Assembly (NCBI RefSeq): GCF_963676685.1
Contig: NC_092344.1
Location: forward strand, 109,678,001 to 109,742,000
Direction of reading: 5' to 3'
Length of the DNA: 64,000 bases
DNA from: Mytilus edulis
Lineage: Eukaryota
In this document: in pieces, positions 42,095-56,879 of the stretch
Layout of the letters: each line of letters begins with the position of its first letter
How positions within the stretch are numbered: the first letter of the stretch is position 1
The notes under the pieces: generated by a model
Told to the model about the DNA's origin: nothing
Databases searched by the model: none
What the model saw: only the letters and a program-made list of their open reading frames with translations
Made by a program: the position numbers and the translations under genes

Positions 42095-43253
42095 TGTACT
42101 AGTCACAACTCAATTAAAGTCAAATTGGTACAGTCAAGACTTTGGTCTTTACCACTGTAGTCACACTTGTCAACTGAAATAAAAAAAATAAAGAGATTAT
42201 GTCCAAATTCGTTTCTTTGTTCAGTTACATGTTTATTTGTATAGATTAATTTACAGAAGAAAACAAACATGCAGATGTTCTCCACAATCTTTAAAATATC
42301 CTCTTAATTCATGCTTTAATGTAGAAGTTTTAGTGTGCATTTACAATATAGGCTAAATGATCCTGTATTATGTACATTCACATTTGTTGTACATGTACCT
42401 ACAAAAAGGGAGGAAATTGATCATTGAAGACTGTGTTCGTGTATTTGTCAAATATATTAATGTAAAAAAAAATCCAAATATTTATACTAGTGAATATGTG
42501 AAAAGATCTTTTAGGTTATACAAAATAAATGAGACTGTCAAGGGTTCAATTAAGCTCAATCAGTTTATAAAAAATCAAATGTGTCTCCATTTCTAATTTT
42601 AAAATGAAATTTCAGTTCCCCAATTGGAACAATTCATTAGACATATCAAACCTGTAATTTTAGAAAAACGGAAGCTTAAAATAAAAACTTTATGTTAGGG
42701 TCTTGAATTAGGTTTGACAGCTTTGGACATGATCATTTTTATTTTTACCTATTTCAAATTGACCAAATCACTACTTTGCCTTAAAATTTATATCTCAAAT
42801 TTTTTAACAGTGAGATTGCATCCACTACTTTTCACATTTTATGCATTAAACATGAAGAAAATAAGTTTGGAAGGTTTATGAAAAAAGTGCAAAATGTAAT
42901 ACAGTCAACACTACAGAATAAAGGGTAGATCTATTTTTGTTCCAATGACTTTATAAATTACAAATATTCTGAATTGATTTAGCTTTTGTCTTGACATAAC
43001 TTAAAAATCTGAGAAACACTATTGTAGCATGTTTTATGGTTTGTATGACGAAAAATACCCACATAAATGTACAATGCATAGTTTATCAATTAGGTTGACA
43101 ACTATAATTTCAGAATAATAAAGATGTTTTTTTTATTATCTTCCAAATACCTGTCAGACAGAAAAGGTTTTTGATTTTTGTTTGCAATTGATGGTACTGA
43201 AGTATACATACACGTACAAAAAATGTACACCACACGAAAGGTGACACAAAATT

Positions 43254-43443
43254 GAGGGGTCTGATGGGGGGGGGTCTCATCACGATTCACGAGTTGTTTT
43301 TTTTTGTCAATCACGATTCACAGAAAATAAATTTCCATGATCACGAATCACGAAAATATAACAAAAAAAATCTGTAGAAAAACGGATCACTATAGCGAAA
43401 ATGCGCCAATCACGAAGAACGAAAATAACCCATCAGGCCCCTC
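43254..43443. mobile_element. MITE with GAGGGG-type TIRs
   Basis: gaggggtctgatgggg ... ccccatcaggcccctc; internal atcacga repeats. Confidence 0.6.
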
Positions 43444-43630
43444 AAAATTTGATACCTGGCCATTCTGTTACAAAAATAAAACCACAGCTGTATTACTGTA
43501 ATGTTACATCCTGATTTTACATGAATTAGTCCATTGTGCTATCTTTAAATCGAAATTGAACTGTTTTATTCAGGCATGACTTTTATTTACATGTCGGTGC
43601 CAGTGATATTTTATATTAGTATATATCTCA

Positions 43631-44145
43631 CAACTGATATGATATTCTCGTGCTTGCATTTCCTATCATGATTTTCTTGATAGAGGGTTGCTGCTCACAA
43701 GGAAGCTCTTAAACCAAGAGTTACAAATGGTGAAGTTGAAATCATCCCTTCGTAAATTTTACGGACGCCATCACGAGTTGGTTGACCGTTATGGAATAAC
43801 CGTTTCACAAATGATATCGGATTTGTTCCTTACGTCGTAACTACAATCCCCTTCCCTTTCATGAATGTAACCTACCGAATTAGACTATTTTATAATTTAC
43901 CGGATGTGTTATCACATAAGCAACACGCTGGGTGCCACATGTGGAGCAGGATCTGCTTACCCTTCCGAGCACCTGAGATCACCCCATGTTTTTTGGTGGG
44001 GTTCGTGTTGTTTATTCTTTAGTTTTCTATGTTGTGTCGTGTGTGCTGTTGTTTATTTGTCCTTTTCATTTTTAGCCATGGCGTTGTGAGTTTGTTTTAG
44101 ATTTATGAGTTTGACTGTCCCTTTGGTATCTTTCGTCCCTCTTTT
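43631..44145 (+). mobile_element. Penelope-like retroelement 3' portion, more 5'-truncated copy
   Basis: Near identity to 28680-29188 with the same 3' end cgtccctctttt. Confidence 0.82.
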
Positions 44146-44650
44146 ATAAACCTGTTATGTCTTTTGTCGTTTTGATTGTAAAATGAACAATGTAAGTATG
44201 TATTTATGTAACAGACAATTTAATACAGTAGATGAAAATGCTCTATAAACCTACATTATTTTCATTTTACTTGCATTCTTTTTACATTCTACCAGACAAG
44301 TCTGCTTTTACAATAGACATTACACAAAAATATATTTCAGTGTCTACTGATACTTATTTGAGTAAACTATAAAACCAAACAAATAGAACGGAAACCAGTT
44401 TAAATTGGGTTACACTAGAACCCTCAACGCGGGCCTGAAATCGACTCGAATACTTGTATGGCAGTTGCTTTTGCATTTTTCTCGAGCCTTCGACTTTTGT
44501 CGATAAAGCGAGACATCGTCTTATACTTTTTTAACCAGAGACATATACACACATTCGTGTCTCTGCTTTAACTTAAAAGAAAACAAATCAAATATTATAT
44601 TATTTTACGGGAAGAGGAATAACTCTAGATTCAGAGATTAACAGATTTGA

Positions 44651-44938
44651 AAAGTATGATATTTACGACATGCCCTTCCTTAAAGTATGATATTTACGAC
44701 ATGTACTTCCTAAAAGTGTGATATTTACAACATGTACTTCCTAAAAGTATGATATTTACAACATGTACTTTCTAAAAGTATGTATGATATTTACGACATG
44801 TACTATCTAAAAGTATGATATTTACGACATGCACTTCCTAAAAGTATTATATTTACGACATGTACTTCCTAAAAATATGATATTTACGACATGTACTTCC
44901 TAAAAGTATGATATTTACGACATGTACTTCCTAGAAGT
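44651..44938. repeat. 31-bp minisatellite, ~9 copies
   Basis: Unit aaagtatgatatttacgacatgtacttccta. Confidence 0.9.
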
Positions 44939-45274
44939 TTCGATAAGCGTAAACAGATGATATATTCAAAGACATTTAATTAATACAATTGAATTATAAT
45001 TCTATGTAATATTTCATTAGATTATTTGATCTCGGCATAAGCATATTAGTTCACGTATAGTTTTAGCTGTGACAGTCCTGAAATGTCTTGCATAAAATAT
45101 TTGCCACTGCATATGAAGTAACCAACAATTTTAATCAATTGTATTAGTTTAGGTAATAAACCAAAGTAGTACAGTACAATAAGTACACTGTAAACATTTT
45201 TATATTTAAAAGATAAAATGCGAATTGATAATTATTTGATAATATATTTACATAAATCGTTTAAATATAATAAG

Positions 45275-45865
45275 AACTAGATGTGTCAAAGCGACACGAA
45301 TGGCCCCCGTCTCAAAACGTTGAAATATTTGCAATTTCAATAACACATGTGGACACAAACATGATGGTAGTTTGACATATATCAAAAATCAGCTCAAAAT
45401 GTTGAGGCGTATAAAAAGTCTGTATAACTGTGATTTTCAACAATTTTCAAAGTTGTAAACCCTTAATTTTGTCAAAAATTAACGGAGCAGAACAAAACTT
45501 AAACTTGACCTGTAACTTATCATGAGTAACTCACATACCAAAAATCAGCCTAACATCTGAAAGCATTTAGGAAAAAAGTCTGTATAACTGTGATTTTCAA
45601 CAATTTATTAAAGTCCATAGCCCGTAATTTCGGCAAAAATTAGCCAAGCGAAAAAAACTTAAACTTGATCTGTAACTCATCTTGGTTAACTCACATGCCA
45701 AAAATCATCCCAATATCTGAAAGAGTTTAGAAAAAAATCCGTATAACTGTGATTTTTAACAATTTATCAAAGTCCAAAGCCCGTAATTTCGGCAAAAATT
45801 AGCGGAGCGGAACGAAGGATAAAACTATATGGCACCGACAACTTCGTTGCGGGGCCATAACAAAA
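45275..45865. mobile_element. Helentron-derived HINE with ~3 internal ~160-bp repeats
   Basis: gtataactgtgattt at 45422, 45582 and 45741; GC-rich subterminal hairpin then A-tract. Confidence 0.68.
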
Positions 45866-46559
45866 GAAGTAGAAGAAAAGAGAAACTCACACAACTGTAA
45901 TACGAATAAAATATATATGTTGAAAAATCTTTAAAAAAGGGATGGGAATCTGCATGTCACCACGGCATCACCCACAGGGGTAGTTGGTGCCAGCAAACTC
46001 TATTTCAGTAATATTCATTTTCTTTTAAAAAAATGTAATGTATTGTTTGTAAAGAGTTATAAGTCACCTTGGCGCAATTGCCAGTTGGTCAGCATTCCAT
46101 CAAAACAAATCACCGTTATCGTGGTATCGTATTTTAGTCAGACACAAAGTATTTAACAAGTGCTTATACAAGTCATGATCAAGTTTCCATAATGCGTATG
46201 TAATGTCTGGTGTTCTTATCGCCGGTCATAGTAAGGTCAAGTATTTTCATAAATGGTCTAAGATTGAAACCTTTTCTCGCTCTGTTTACCATGTTGAGGA
46301 GATGTAAATGTTCAGGCCTATTCAGATCCATCCAGGTCTTTTTACCATTCAAGTCCGAGTTTTTACATTTAAATATATATATATATATTTCGACATTTTT
46401 CTTTTCTGTTAATGAAATATTAATTCCTTTTTCTAATAAATTTCAAAGTTAAAGGAAATTGATTAAAAAATAATAAAGGTCTAATAAAAAATACATTCTG
46501 TATGTAGCTGTCCAAATTCACGAACCTTCAACTCGGTGGTTGTGAATGGTTGCTGTATG

Positions 46560-46658
46560 CACATGCACTTGTCTCCGAACAAAACCAATTCCAATATACC
46601 TTAATATAGTGTTATATTAAGGTATATAGGAAAAACAATTCTGAGACAAGTGTCTGTG
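46560..46658. mobile_element. ~100-bp fold-back MITE (CA...TG ends, 8-bp TSD)
   Basis: cacatgcacttgtctc...gagacaagtgtctgtg; flanks gctgtatg / actgtatg; sister copy at 55704-55813. Confidence 0.72.
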
Positions 46659-46819
46659 ACTGTATGCCGTATTTGTTTTTTGTTTATAGTTTTATCATAA
46701 ATCATCCTGTTACGGGAGAGGGACACCAAGGCAACTTAATGGATAGCACTTAAAAGATCTTAAAAGTTTATGAATTGTAATCATCCACTACACTATATTT
46801 TTGTAAGTTTAGTCAAAAC

Positions 46820-47340
46820 AGTTTATCGACAGGTTGTAGGTATTCCTATGGGTATCAATTATGTCCCTTTCATTACAAACTTGTTCCTGTATTGTTACGA
46901 ATCACATTCATAAATTCCCTTATTTACTGCAAAAATTTAACAAAGGGAACTAACTTTAGATAAATCTAATATCACAATACTCATTGTTCTTTAATTGATT
47001 TGGATATTTCAGTTTCACACAAGAAATTGAAACAAAGGTTTACGACAAAAGAGGCGATATTTTAGTTCCCTATTGATAATTTTACCCTTTTTGGACCACG
47101 TTGTCCCTTTGGTTCCTTCTTGTTTATCGCTATGCTCGTGTCTGAAGGTACATTTTATACTTTAATGGGCGTCATATATGGATAACTTGTTTAATATTAA
47201 GGCTTACGATTACATTTTCTAACCATTAATTAGCATTTGAAAGTTTTCCTAAATTGTTCCATAGGTACAAAGATTTGATCACTAAGTTTAAATGTACCTG
47301 TAGAGTAGTTATCAAAAACGGAATATCACAATCTTATTGT
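46820..47340 (+). mobile_element. Highly degenerate Penelope-like RT fragment
   Basis: QVVGIPMGINYVPFITNLFLYCYES and KVYDKRGD remnants. Confidence 0.6.
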
Positions 47341-48498
47341 CACAATAATGAAAACTTTAACTTTACAATTATGAAATCTTATGAGCCAAAATGATAGTAT
47401 TTACCTATAGTACTAAGCATTGCACTTGTGTATGTATGTTAGTTGTTGTTTGTGTGTTTGTTTTTGTTTTTATTTTTGCTTTTTTTTGTTTTTGTGATTC
47501 ATGTCGATGATTTTTGTTTTTGTGATTCACGTCGATGATTTTTGTTTTTGTTCTTGTTTGTTTTTGTGCTTCTTGTCGATCTGACGAGTTGAGCCTTTTC
47601 GAACTGAACTTTTATAATGTGTGCTTTTGCTGTGCTGTAACTCTGCCTTGAGTAAGGGAGATAGTTGACACTGCCATATTCTATGAGTGCCTGTTCCGAG
47701 TCATTAGAATATAAATAGCGTTTGTCGTTTGTTGCACATGTATTACATTCGCTTTTCGTTTATTGTTTAGTCATAAATCAAGCCGTTGAATTTTACGTTT
47801 GAATTGTTTCACATTTTGTCAAGTCGGAGATTTTTATCGCTGTTTATTCGGTATGGGTTTTGCTCATTGCTTAAGAAAGTACAGTGAAATGTAGTTACGG
47901 GAATCCACTTCATTTGGACTCTGTCATTGTCAAAGATACCATTTCTCCATTTTTTATATTAAACATCCATGTAGCTTCAAGGGGAGGGGGTTAAATCTGC
48001 CTCTTATCTTTAGTTGTTTACATCCAAGTGAATAACTATAAGTCTAAATACCAATCATAACACATACCACATCCTTTTATTTTGATAAAGTATTTCTCAC
48101 TTATTCAGACTATACCAGGTCAACAACAAAAAATGATTACTATCAAAACTTTCATTTACACAAAACATTTAAAACACAAACCATAACGAAACATATATAC
48201 TGGATAGCCTGACAAAATACCACTTGCATAAAAGATCCCTGCTATAATAAGTGTTATGTAAAATGATCGTAAATTTATCTCCATTAGTCGATTTTGCATA
48301 TTTATGCTGTGTGATAGGGTTGATCAAATGCAAATGGGGAACACAATATGTGTACTGCATTTTTGATTAAATTAAGTTAATCGTGTTTTAATAAATGATA
48401 AACAAAATTAATTGGTATAACATATTTAATTGATTATTTCGTATACTTAGTATACATTGAAAGATAGTTCAATTAATTATTGCTTATGGTTATAGCAC

Positions 48499-49725
<1,227 letters not shown>

Positions 49726-50366
49726 CTAGTAAGGAAAGTCTTGCATGACCAAAAAGTTAAAATTTCAGCGTTTGTAAATTGACTGAAAACGTGATTTATA
49801 CTTAAACAAATCAAAAGTATGTTCTTCGGTAAACATATCAGTTGCTGACATTTTTATTTTATCCGAAAACAGTGCACATTTCAAAATATTTAGCTACCAA
49901 CTGTTTAAACCTATAGGGGGTATGTGTTTTATTTAAAAAAAATGTTTTATTTTTATTTTTCTCCTCTTTTATTTCTGGTGCTTTCGTAGTTTTCCAAAGA
50001 GTTAATTGGTACTTTAATGGGGAAGTTTCAGTCAGAAGACTATTTTCGACCTAGCGTCTTTTTCCTCAAAATCAAGTGGCAAATTGCAATTCAACTGTCC
50101 TAATCCCGTGCAAATTAAATGATTGCTCCTAGTATCAATACAGTTATATAGGAGGTTTAAGATAACAAAGGGATAGAGCAAGTAAAAAAATATTTAGATA
50201 AAACAGTATACTACTACATCGAAAGCTGCATAGATGAACATTCTCGCTGCACAGACGCAACTACATTGGTAAGACAACGACCAGTATTTCTTTATTGATT
50301 ACTATTTTCTTTTACGTTTATATATATTCTGTTTTACGAGTAATGAAATTATCGTATATAAATTTA

Positions 50367-50762
<396 letters not shown>

Positions 50763-50954
50763 TTACACACGCAGATAAAAAAAAAGCTTGATCTGACTTT
50801 TTCAAATCTGAAAGACTAATCCGAAAAAATCCAAAATGTCTTATGTATAACATCTTCGTACCCTTTAATCTTGTTAAAAACTGAGTAAACTTCTAAATTA
50901 TTCGATTTAAGCAAATATTAGCATACCAATTAATAAAATGATTAATAATTATAA

Positions 50955-51885
50955 ATAGATATAGGAAGATGTGGTGTGAGTGCCAATGAGACAACTCTCC
51001 ATACAAATAACAAGTTAAAAAGTAAACCATTATAGGTTAAAGTACGGCCTTCAACACGGAGCCTTAGCTCACACCGAACAACAAGCTATAAAGGGCCCCA
51101 AAATTACTAGTGTAAAACCATTCAAACGGGAAAACCAACGGTCTAATCTATATTAACAAAACGAGAAACGAGAAACACGTATATATTACATAAACAAACG
51201 ACAACTACTGTACATCAGATTCCTGACTTAGGACAGGTGCAAACATTTGCAGCGGGATTAAACGTTTTAATGGATCCAAACCTTCTCCCTTTTTCTGAAA
51301 CAATAGCATAACATCACAACAAAGAAAAACATACGATAAAATATCAATTGGCAGACTTAACTCAATCAAAAAACGTATGATTAAACAATGAACGAATAAA
51401 TTTGATCTGCGATATCTGAATACAAATGTACAGTTAATTAAATATTAGAGACAAACATTCATGACCAAAAAGCTAACAAACAAATTCAAAAACAGGACAT
51501 GACTGAGAAATATTTAACCAATCAATGTTCACTTTAGAAAAAAACCGGTTTTTTTATAATCTTGAAGTTTATACAAATGTTGTAAGAATAAGTGAAGATA
51601 TTACAAATAATCAAAGCTGGTGTACAGACAAGATCCGTATAAATAAAAAATGACAAAAAAGCATTATAAACAGTATCAACAGGTCGAATTAACAAGAAAA
51701 TACGATTTGAGAGTACTCGCAGTTACTGACAGCTAGTTAAAAGCCAAAACCAATTAATAATAAAAAATCATGCATCAGAGACTAAAATCGACTAAAACAC
51801 ATCACAGGGATTTAGTATTTTAACGTCATTAATAGTCAAAGAAGACATGACTTGTGCAATGCCAAAAATAAATGTATCGACAGGT
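50955..51885 (-). mobile_element. SINE-family insertion in alpha-tubulin intron 1
   Basis: 50955-51370 is the reverse complement of the SINE core and tail; extent of the remaining 5' part is inferred. Confidence 0.6.
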
Positions 51886-51969
51886 AGTAGTATAGTGAAG
51901 AGCGACTTCTATAGAAATAAAAGTTAACGTGTCTGTGTCTCTATACATCTAAAAATACATAAGACTTAC

Positions 51970-51972
51970 CAT
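51970..51972 (-). CDS. TUBA: Alpha-tubulin exon 1 coding part (ATG only)
   Basis: ATG|gtaag, the canonical alpha-tubulin first intron position; 3+223+1130 = 1356 nt = 451 aa plus stop. Confidence 0.85.
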
Positions 51973-52094
51973 ATTAATTAGCAAAGATAAATGTCAAAGT
52001 AAATTTGCAATAAAATATCCCAGTGAACTCACGAAGACGTTAAAGTGTCGTTGTGAGTCTGTGTGTGTTTGTGAGACAGTTTGTAAGCACTGGA

Positions 52095-52101
52095 ATATAT
52101 A
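52095..52101 (-). promoter_or_regulatory. Putative TATA box of alpha-tubulin
   Basis: Minus-strand TATATA about 125 bp upstream of the ATG exon; position only. Confidence 0.4.
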
Positions 52102-53150
52102 CACCCATATAATCCCCTAGGTTACAACACAACAATCCAAGACTTAACATAATGATAAACAAATTAATGACGGCAGTACTTTTAATTATGTATGGTTTAT
52201 TACAGTTTAACAGATTATAAGTTCATTGCCTATTGTTATATATGTATAATAATCGTTTTGAAATATTATTAAAAGTCCCGTAAGAGATTTATTAATGATT
52301 TATTTTATTGCAACATAACTTTTATTGTTACTAATTTCACATAGTGTACAGTAAACATGCAAATTACAATTCAAAGTTAAATACTGCGTGGCTTTTTTAT
52401 AAATCAATTTAAACTTTGTACAATTATTATTTTATTAACATTTTTGTTTATTATTTTCAATTGTAAAGTACTTCATGTAAGAAATGTTTATAATTTTTTT
52501 AATAATCAAAATTGAAGAATCGGTAAGAAAAGTATGTAAAATTTGCAATCTTTTTATTTTCAAAATAACTTGATATTCCAAATGTGCATAACCAGAGGAT
52601 TAATATTATCTGTAACATATGAATGATTCGATAGTCCAGACTGAACACCTGAGTTTTTTAATTGTCCAGCTATTATGTTACAATCTAAAGAAATGTCGTT
52701 TTAACGCTATTTTCTGAAAAGGGTCCACAACATAGTCGTTAATTATTTCCATTACACTGCTCTTAGCATATATTTATTTATATTTTCAGAATGTGCATTT
52801 GCTGCTCTTTTTTGTTCGAAAAAAAAAGAAATATGTTGAACGTGAATGTTTAAAGTTATGTGAATGTTTAAAGTTATGTGATAAATTAAGTGTCCAGTGT
52901 GTTTGTTACGCTTACGTTTTCTGGGGGGAAATGCCGACGTCGTAAATGGTTTTTGCAATTTGAAGACGTTACGTTTGTGGACTCAGCTTTGTGCACGCCG
53001 TCAATATAATTATTTAATGCTTCCCATTTAATTCCTTGCTTAATTTCTGTCAGACGTGTCATTTCTGTTGCCTCATTAACATAAGTTGGCTATATAAGGA
53101 CTGGTAACATGTGAAAATATCGTATATTATATCACAAGTTCTCCAGACCA

Positions 53151-55680
53151 TAATGAATGTGAATCTAAATATAGGTCCCTAAAGAGTCTGACTAGAAAAT
53201 TATGTACTGAGCCCTGGAATGACAGTCTTAGACACAAAGTATTATATAATAAAAAGGAACTGAATAAACTTATAAGGAAAAAATATAGACAATTTAGACA
53301 TAAAATGATAAAACAGATTATAGATTCAAATAACGGCTGTCCAAATGATTTTTGGAATACAGTTAAGAAACTAAAAAAGGAGAACTTCAAGGATCCTAGT
53401 TCTAACATACAACCTAAAGAATGGTTTAAATATTTTAATAAATTAATGAATACTGATTATGATAAAAATGTTTGTAATGATAAGAAAGAGTATACTACTT
53501 TTAAAGATTGTAACACATGTACTAAGATGTTAAATAGTTTTATTACAACTGAGGAGGTGGTTATTGCAGCAAAATCTTTAAAGAATAATAAAGCAAGTGG
53601 TTCAGATTGTATTACAAATGAAATGTTACAAATATCTTGTTATATGAATATTGATGTTTATGTAAAATTGTTTAATCTTATACTTAAGTCTGGTATCTAC
53701 CCAACTTTATGGAGAAAATTTTTTATTAAGCCCATTTTCAAGGGTGGGTGTTTTAATGATCCATCTAATTACCGAGGTATAGCCCTTTCAAGTTGTTTAG
53801 GAAAATTTTTTCTAAAAGTTTTATATAACAGATTAGAAAAGTATCTTGAAGGAAATGAACTTATTTGTCGTGAGCAAATTGGATTCAGAAAGGGAAGTCG
53901 AACAAGTGACCATATTTTAACTCTAAAAACTATAATTGATAAAGCATTTAAATCATCAAAAAAGATATATGCCTGTTTCATTGATTTCAGGAAGGCATTT
54001 GATACTATTAACAGAGATGCCCTCTTTTACAAATTGTCTTATTACAACATAGATGGTCCCTTTTTTAGTATAATGAAAGATATGTATAAAGAGGTTTTGT
54101 ACTCGGTAAAGATCTCAGAAGGTATCACTGATTTTTTTAATTCCTCAGTTGGGGTAAAACAAGGGTGTATTTTAAGCCCTACATTATTTTCTTTATATAT
54201 TAATGATTTACCATCTATTTTTGACTCAACATGTGAACCACCCAAGTTAAATGATAATGATATATCATGTCTGTTATACGCTGATGATTTAGTCCTTATT
54301 TCTGAATCGGCTAATGGCTTACAAAAATGCCTTGACAAGCTTAGTTTATATTGCACTAGTTGGGATTTAACAGTAAATCTTGACAAAACCAAAGTTATGA
54401 TTTTTAACAAATCAGGTAAAAAACTTACAAAAGACAAGTTTGTTTTTAGTGATAATATTTTGGAACACTGTACAGAATATAAATATTTGGGTATACTGTT
54501 TAAAGCATCTGGTAGTTTTACAGAAGCAGTGAGACTTCTTTGTAAAAAAGCCTCAAAAGCTATATTTTGTATTAGAAAACTGTTATTTTCTGAAGATATC
54601 AATGTATTACCTCACTTAAAGCTTTTTGATGCTTGTGTTAAACCTATACTTCTTTACTGTAGTGAAGTTTGGTCTCTGTATATGATAAAAGATATTACAA
54701 ATCTAGAGTCAAAATATTGGTCATTGGCTACCATCAAAGTCCAAATTAAATTTGCAAAAACTTTAATTGGAGTAAATAAATCAGCTGTCAATTTAGCAGT
54801 ACTAGCTGAACTTGGTATGTATCCAGTTTTTATAGAAGCTTTAAAACTGTCAATTGGCTTCTGGTTGCATGTGATCAAATCTGATAACAATTGTTTACTA
54901 AAAGATGTATATTGTTCCAACCTGCAATTAACCAATGGATTTGCTAAAAAGATTGAACAGTTACTTGCTACTTTAAATTTTTCACATGTTTGGAAAAATC
55001 ATGATACTATTTCAAAAAGACGTTTATTATATGCAATTCATACCAAACTTAATGATAGATATCTTAATTATTGGAAAGAAAATATATTTTGTGATAATAA
55101 ATCAGTACATGGTAATAAGCTGAGAACATATAGACAAAGAAAATTATAAATTGGAAAACTATTTATTGTTAAATATAGACAGAAAAGTAATAGGGCATTT
55201 TGCTAAAATTCGTATTAGTAACAGTGTTCTTAGAATTGAACAAGGGCGTCACACTAAAACCCCTGTAGAAGAAAGAATTTGTCCTTTGTGCTTCTTAGAA
55301 GTTGAAGATGAATTTCATTTCACTTTAAAATGTACAAAACTAAATATAATTAGAGACCAACTGTTTTCCAAAATTAGTGAAATAGTTCCCTCTTTTTTAA
55401 ATATGACTAATGAAGCAAGATTTAAATTTTTATATACGTGTGTTGAGACTGATATAATTAGAATTATTGTTAAATTTATAAGCGATATGTACATTTCTAG
55501 AAATGCTTTATTAAGCACTAAATAACTGTGTGGTACCACCTCCTCATATAATGTTTATGAAATTGTTATGATATATATATGTTTGTATTTTTGTGTATAA
55601 CAAATTTGTATTGTCTTGGTATCAATCCTGTAATTTTGGATTTTAAACCAATAAAAATTACTTACTTACTTACTTACTTA
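53151..55680 (+). mobile_element. 5'-truncated RTE-X-like LINE (RT ORF 53152-55149, frameshifted C-terminus 55151-55525)
   Basis: YRGIAL, FIDFRKAFD, GVKQGCILSP, LLYADD motifs; C-terminal RIEQGRH..EERICPLC..EDEFHF..C; (TTAC)n tail; 8-bp TSD ccagacca at 53143-53150 and 55681-55688. Confidence 0.9.
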
Positions 55681-55703
55681 CCAGACCACCATATACATAA
55701 TCT

Positions 55704-55813
55704 CACAGGCACTTGCCTGAGAAAAAAAATTCCTATATACCTTTGTATATATAATACAATTATATAATATATTAAGTTATATAGGGAAAAAAATTCTGAG
55801 ACAAGTGCCTGTG
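55704..55813. mobile_element. ~110-bp fold-back MITE with perfect 8-bp TSD
   Basis: cacaggcacttg...caagtgcctgtg flanked by cataatct on both sides. Confidence 0.78.
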
Positions 55814-56504
55814 CATAATCTTGTGGATTTGGACATTTTTTGTAAAGTCTTTTGGTAGATCCGTCCTACAGAGGACCACATCCAATAAACGAAGTAGCTA
55901 GGGTATAAGTCATAATTGTTCTATTTAAAATGTTTTTGTTTAGAACAATAGTTTACAGATGGGTGGCTGCCCTTAATCCCTTTCTTTTGCTTCCAAGCAA
56001 AGTGTTGAGAATGGTATTTTCTGCCTATGTGCAAAAAAAAAAAACCACAACCCACAATCTACGACACAGGTGTGTATGCAGGTTTAGCTTGTGAGTACAG
56101 TCACATTTATAACCGGGTTCAATATATATTATGTATATATATACATACTGTATCTAATGGAACACCTAGTAAACACAAAAATGTTAAGACGGTTATGCTA
56201 TTCAAGCAAGAAAGACATACGTAGAGGTGACATGCATTGCATTTTGTGAAAAAGTGCTCAAGTGTTTCTGACACTTCGTTTCAAAGCTGGCATGTTTGGT
56301 TTACTTGACTTGATCATTGTGGTTGAATTCATTGTTTTATAAAGTGGAACAATGTGTCATTAGTTAAGCAACGATGTCAATATATGAGACTGACTCTGTC
56401 ATACAAGTGAAAGGTTTAAGCATAAATTAATGGCTAGCTATGTCCAATTTCAACACAAGAAAATGCCTGTACACTCAGGTTATCCATTCGTTTGTTGTTT
56501 TATA

Positions 56505-56770
56505 ATTGGCGGCGCTCACAAACTTGAAATAGAAAAAGGTCGTTACTTTAATATAAAACTTGAAAATATAATATGGAGGAAATGGAAGATGAGGTGCATT
56601 TTCTTTTAACATGTAAAGCTCTGGTTAATGTTAGAAATCCCTTTCTAGCGTTACTAAATATTTCAAAATTTGATAACAAATCTCTTTCTATTTGGCTAAT
56701 GGGAAATGAAGATAAAATATATTTTTATAATAATTCGTTAATTATCAGAGTTTTAAAATATAAACAGTGA
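56505..56770 (+). mobile_element. Old RTE-X-like LINE 3' fragment
   Basis: AHKLEIEKGRY...MEDEVHFLLTC. Confidence 0.6.
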
Positions 56771-56879
56771 ATATTATGTTAAATTATATTTCTATATACA
56801 TGTATATCAAGTTATAGAATGATAAGCATTTACGTTTACTTCTTAATGATACTTAATGATGTTTTCCGGTACAGGATCC

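Noticed and set aside
46060-46365. Possible coding remnant on the minus strand (NSDLNGKKTWMDLNRPEHL...)
   Set aside because: Multiple stops and no family I can recognise; needs a translated search.
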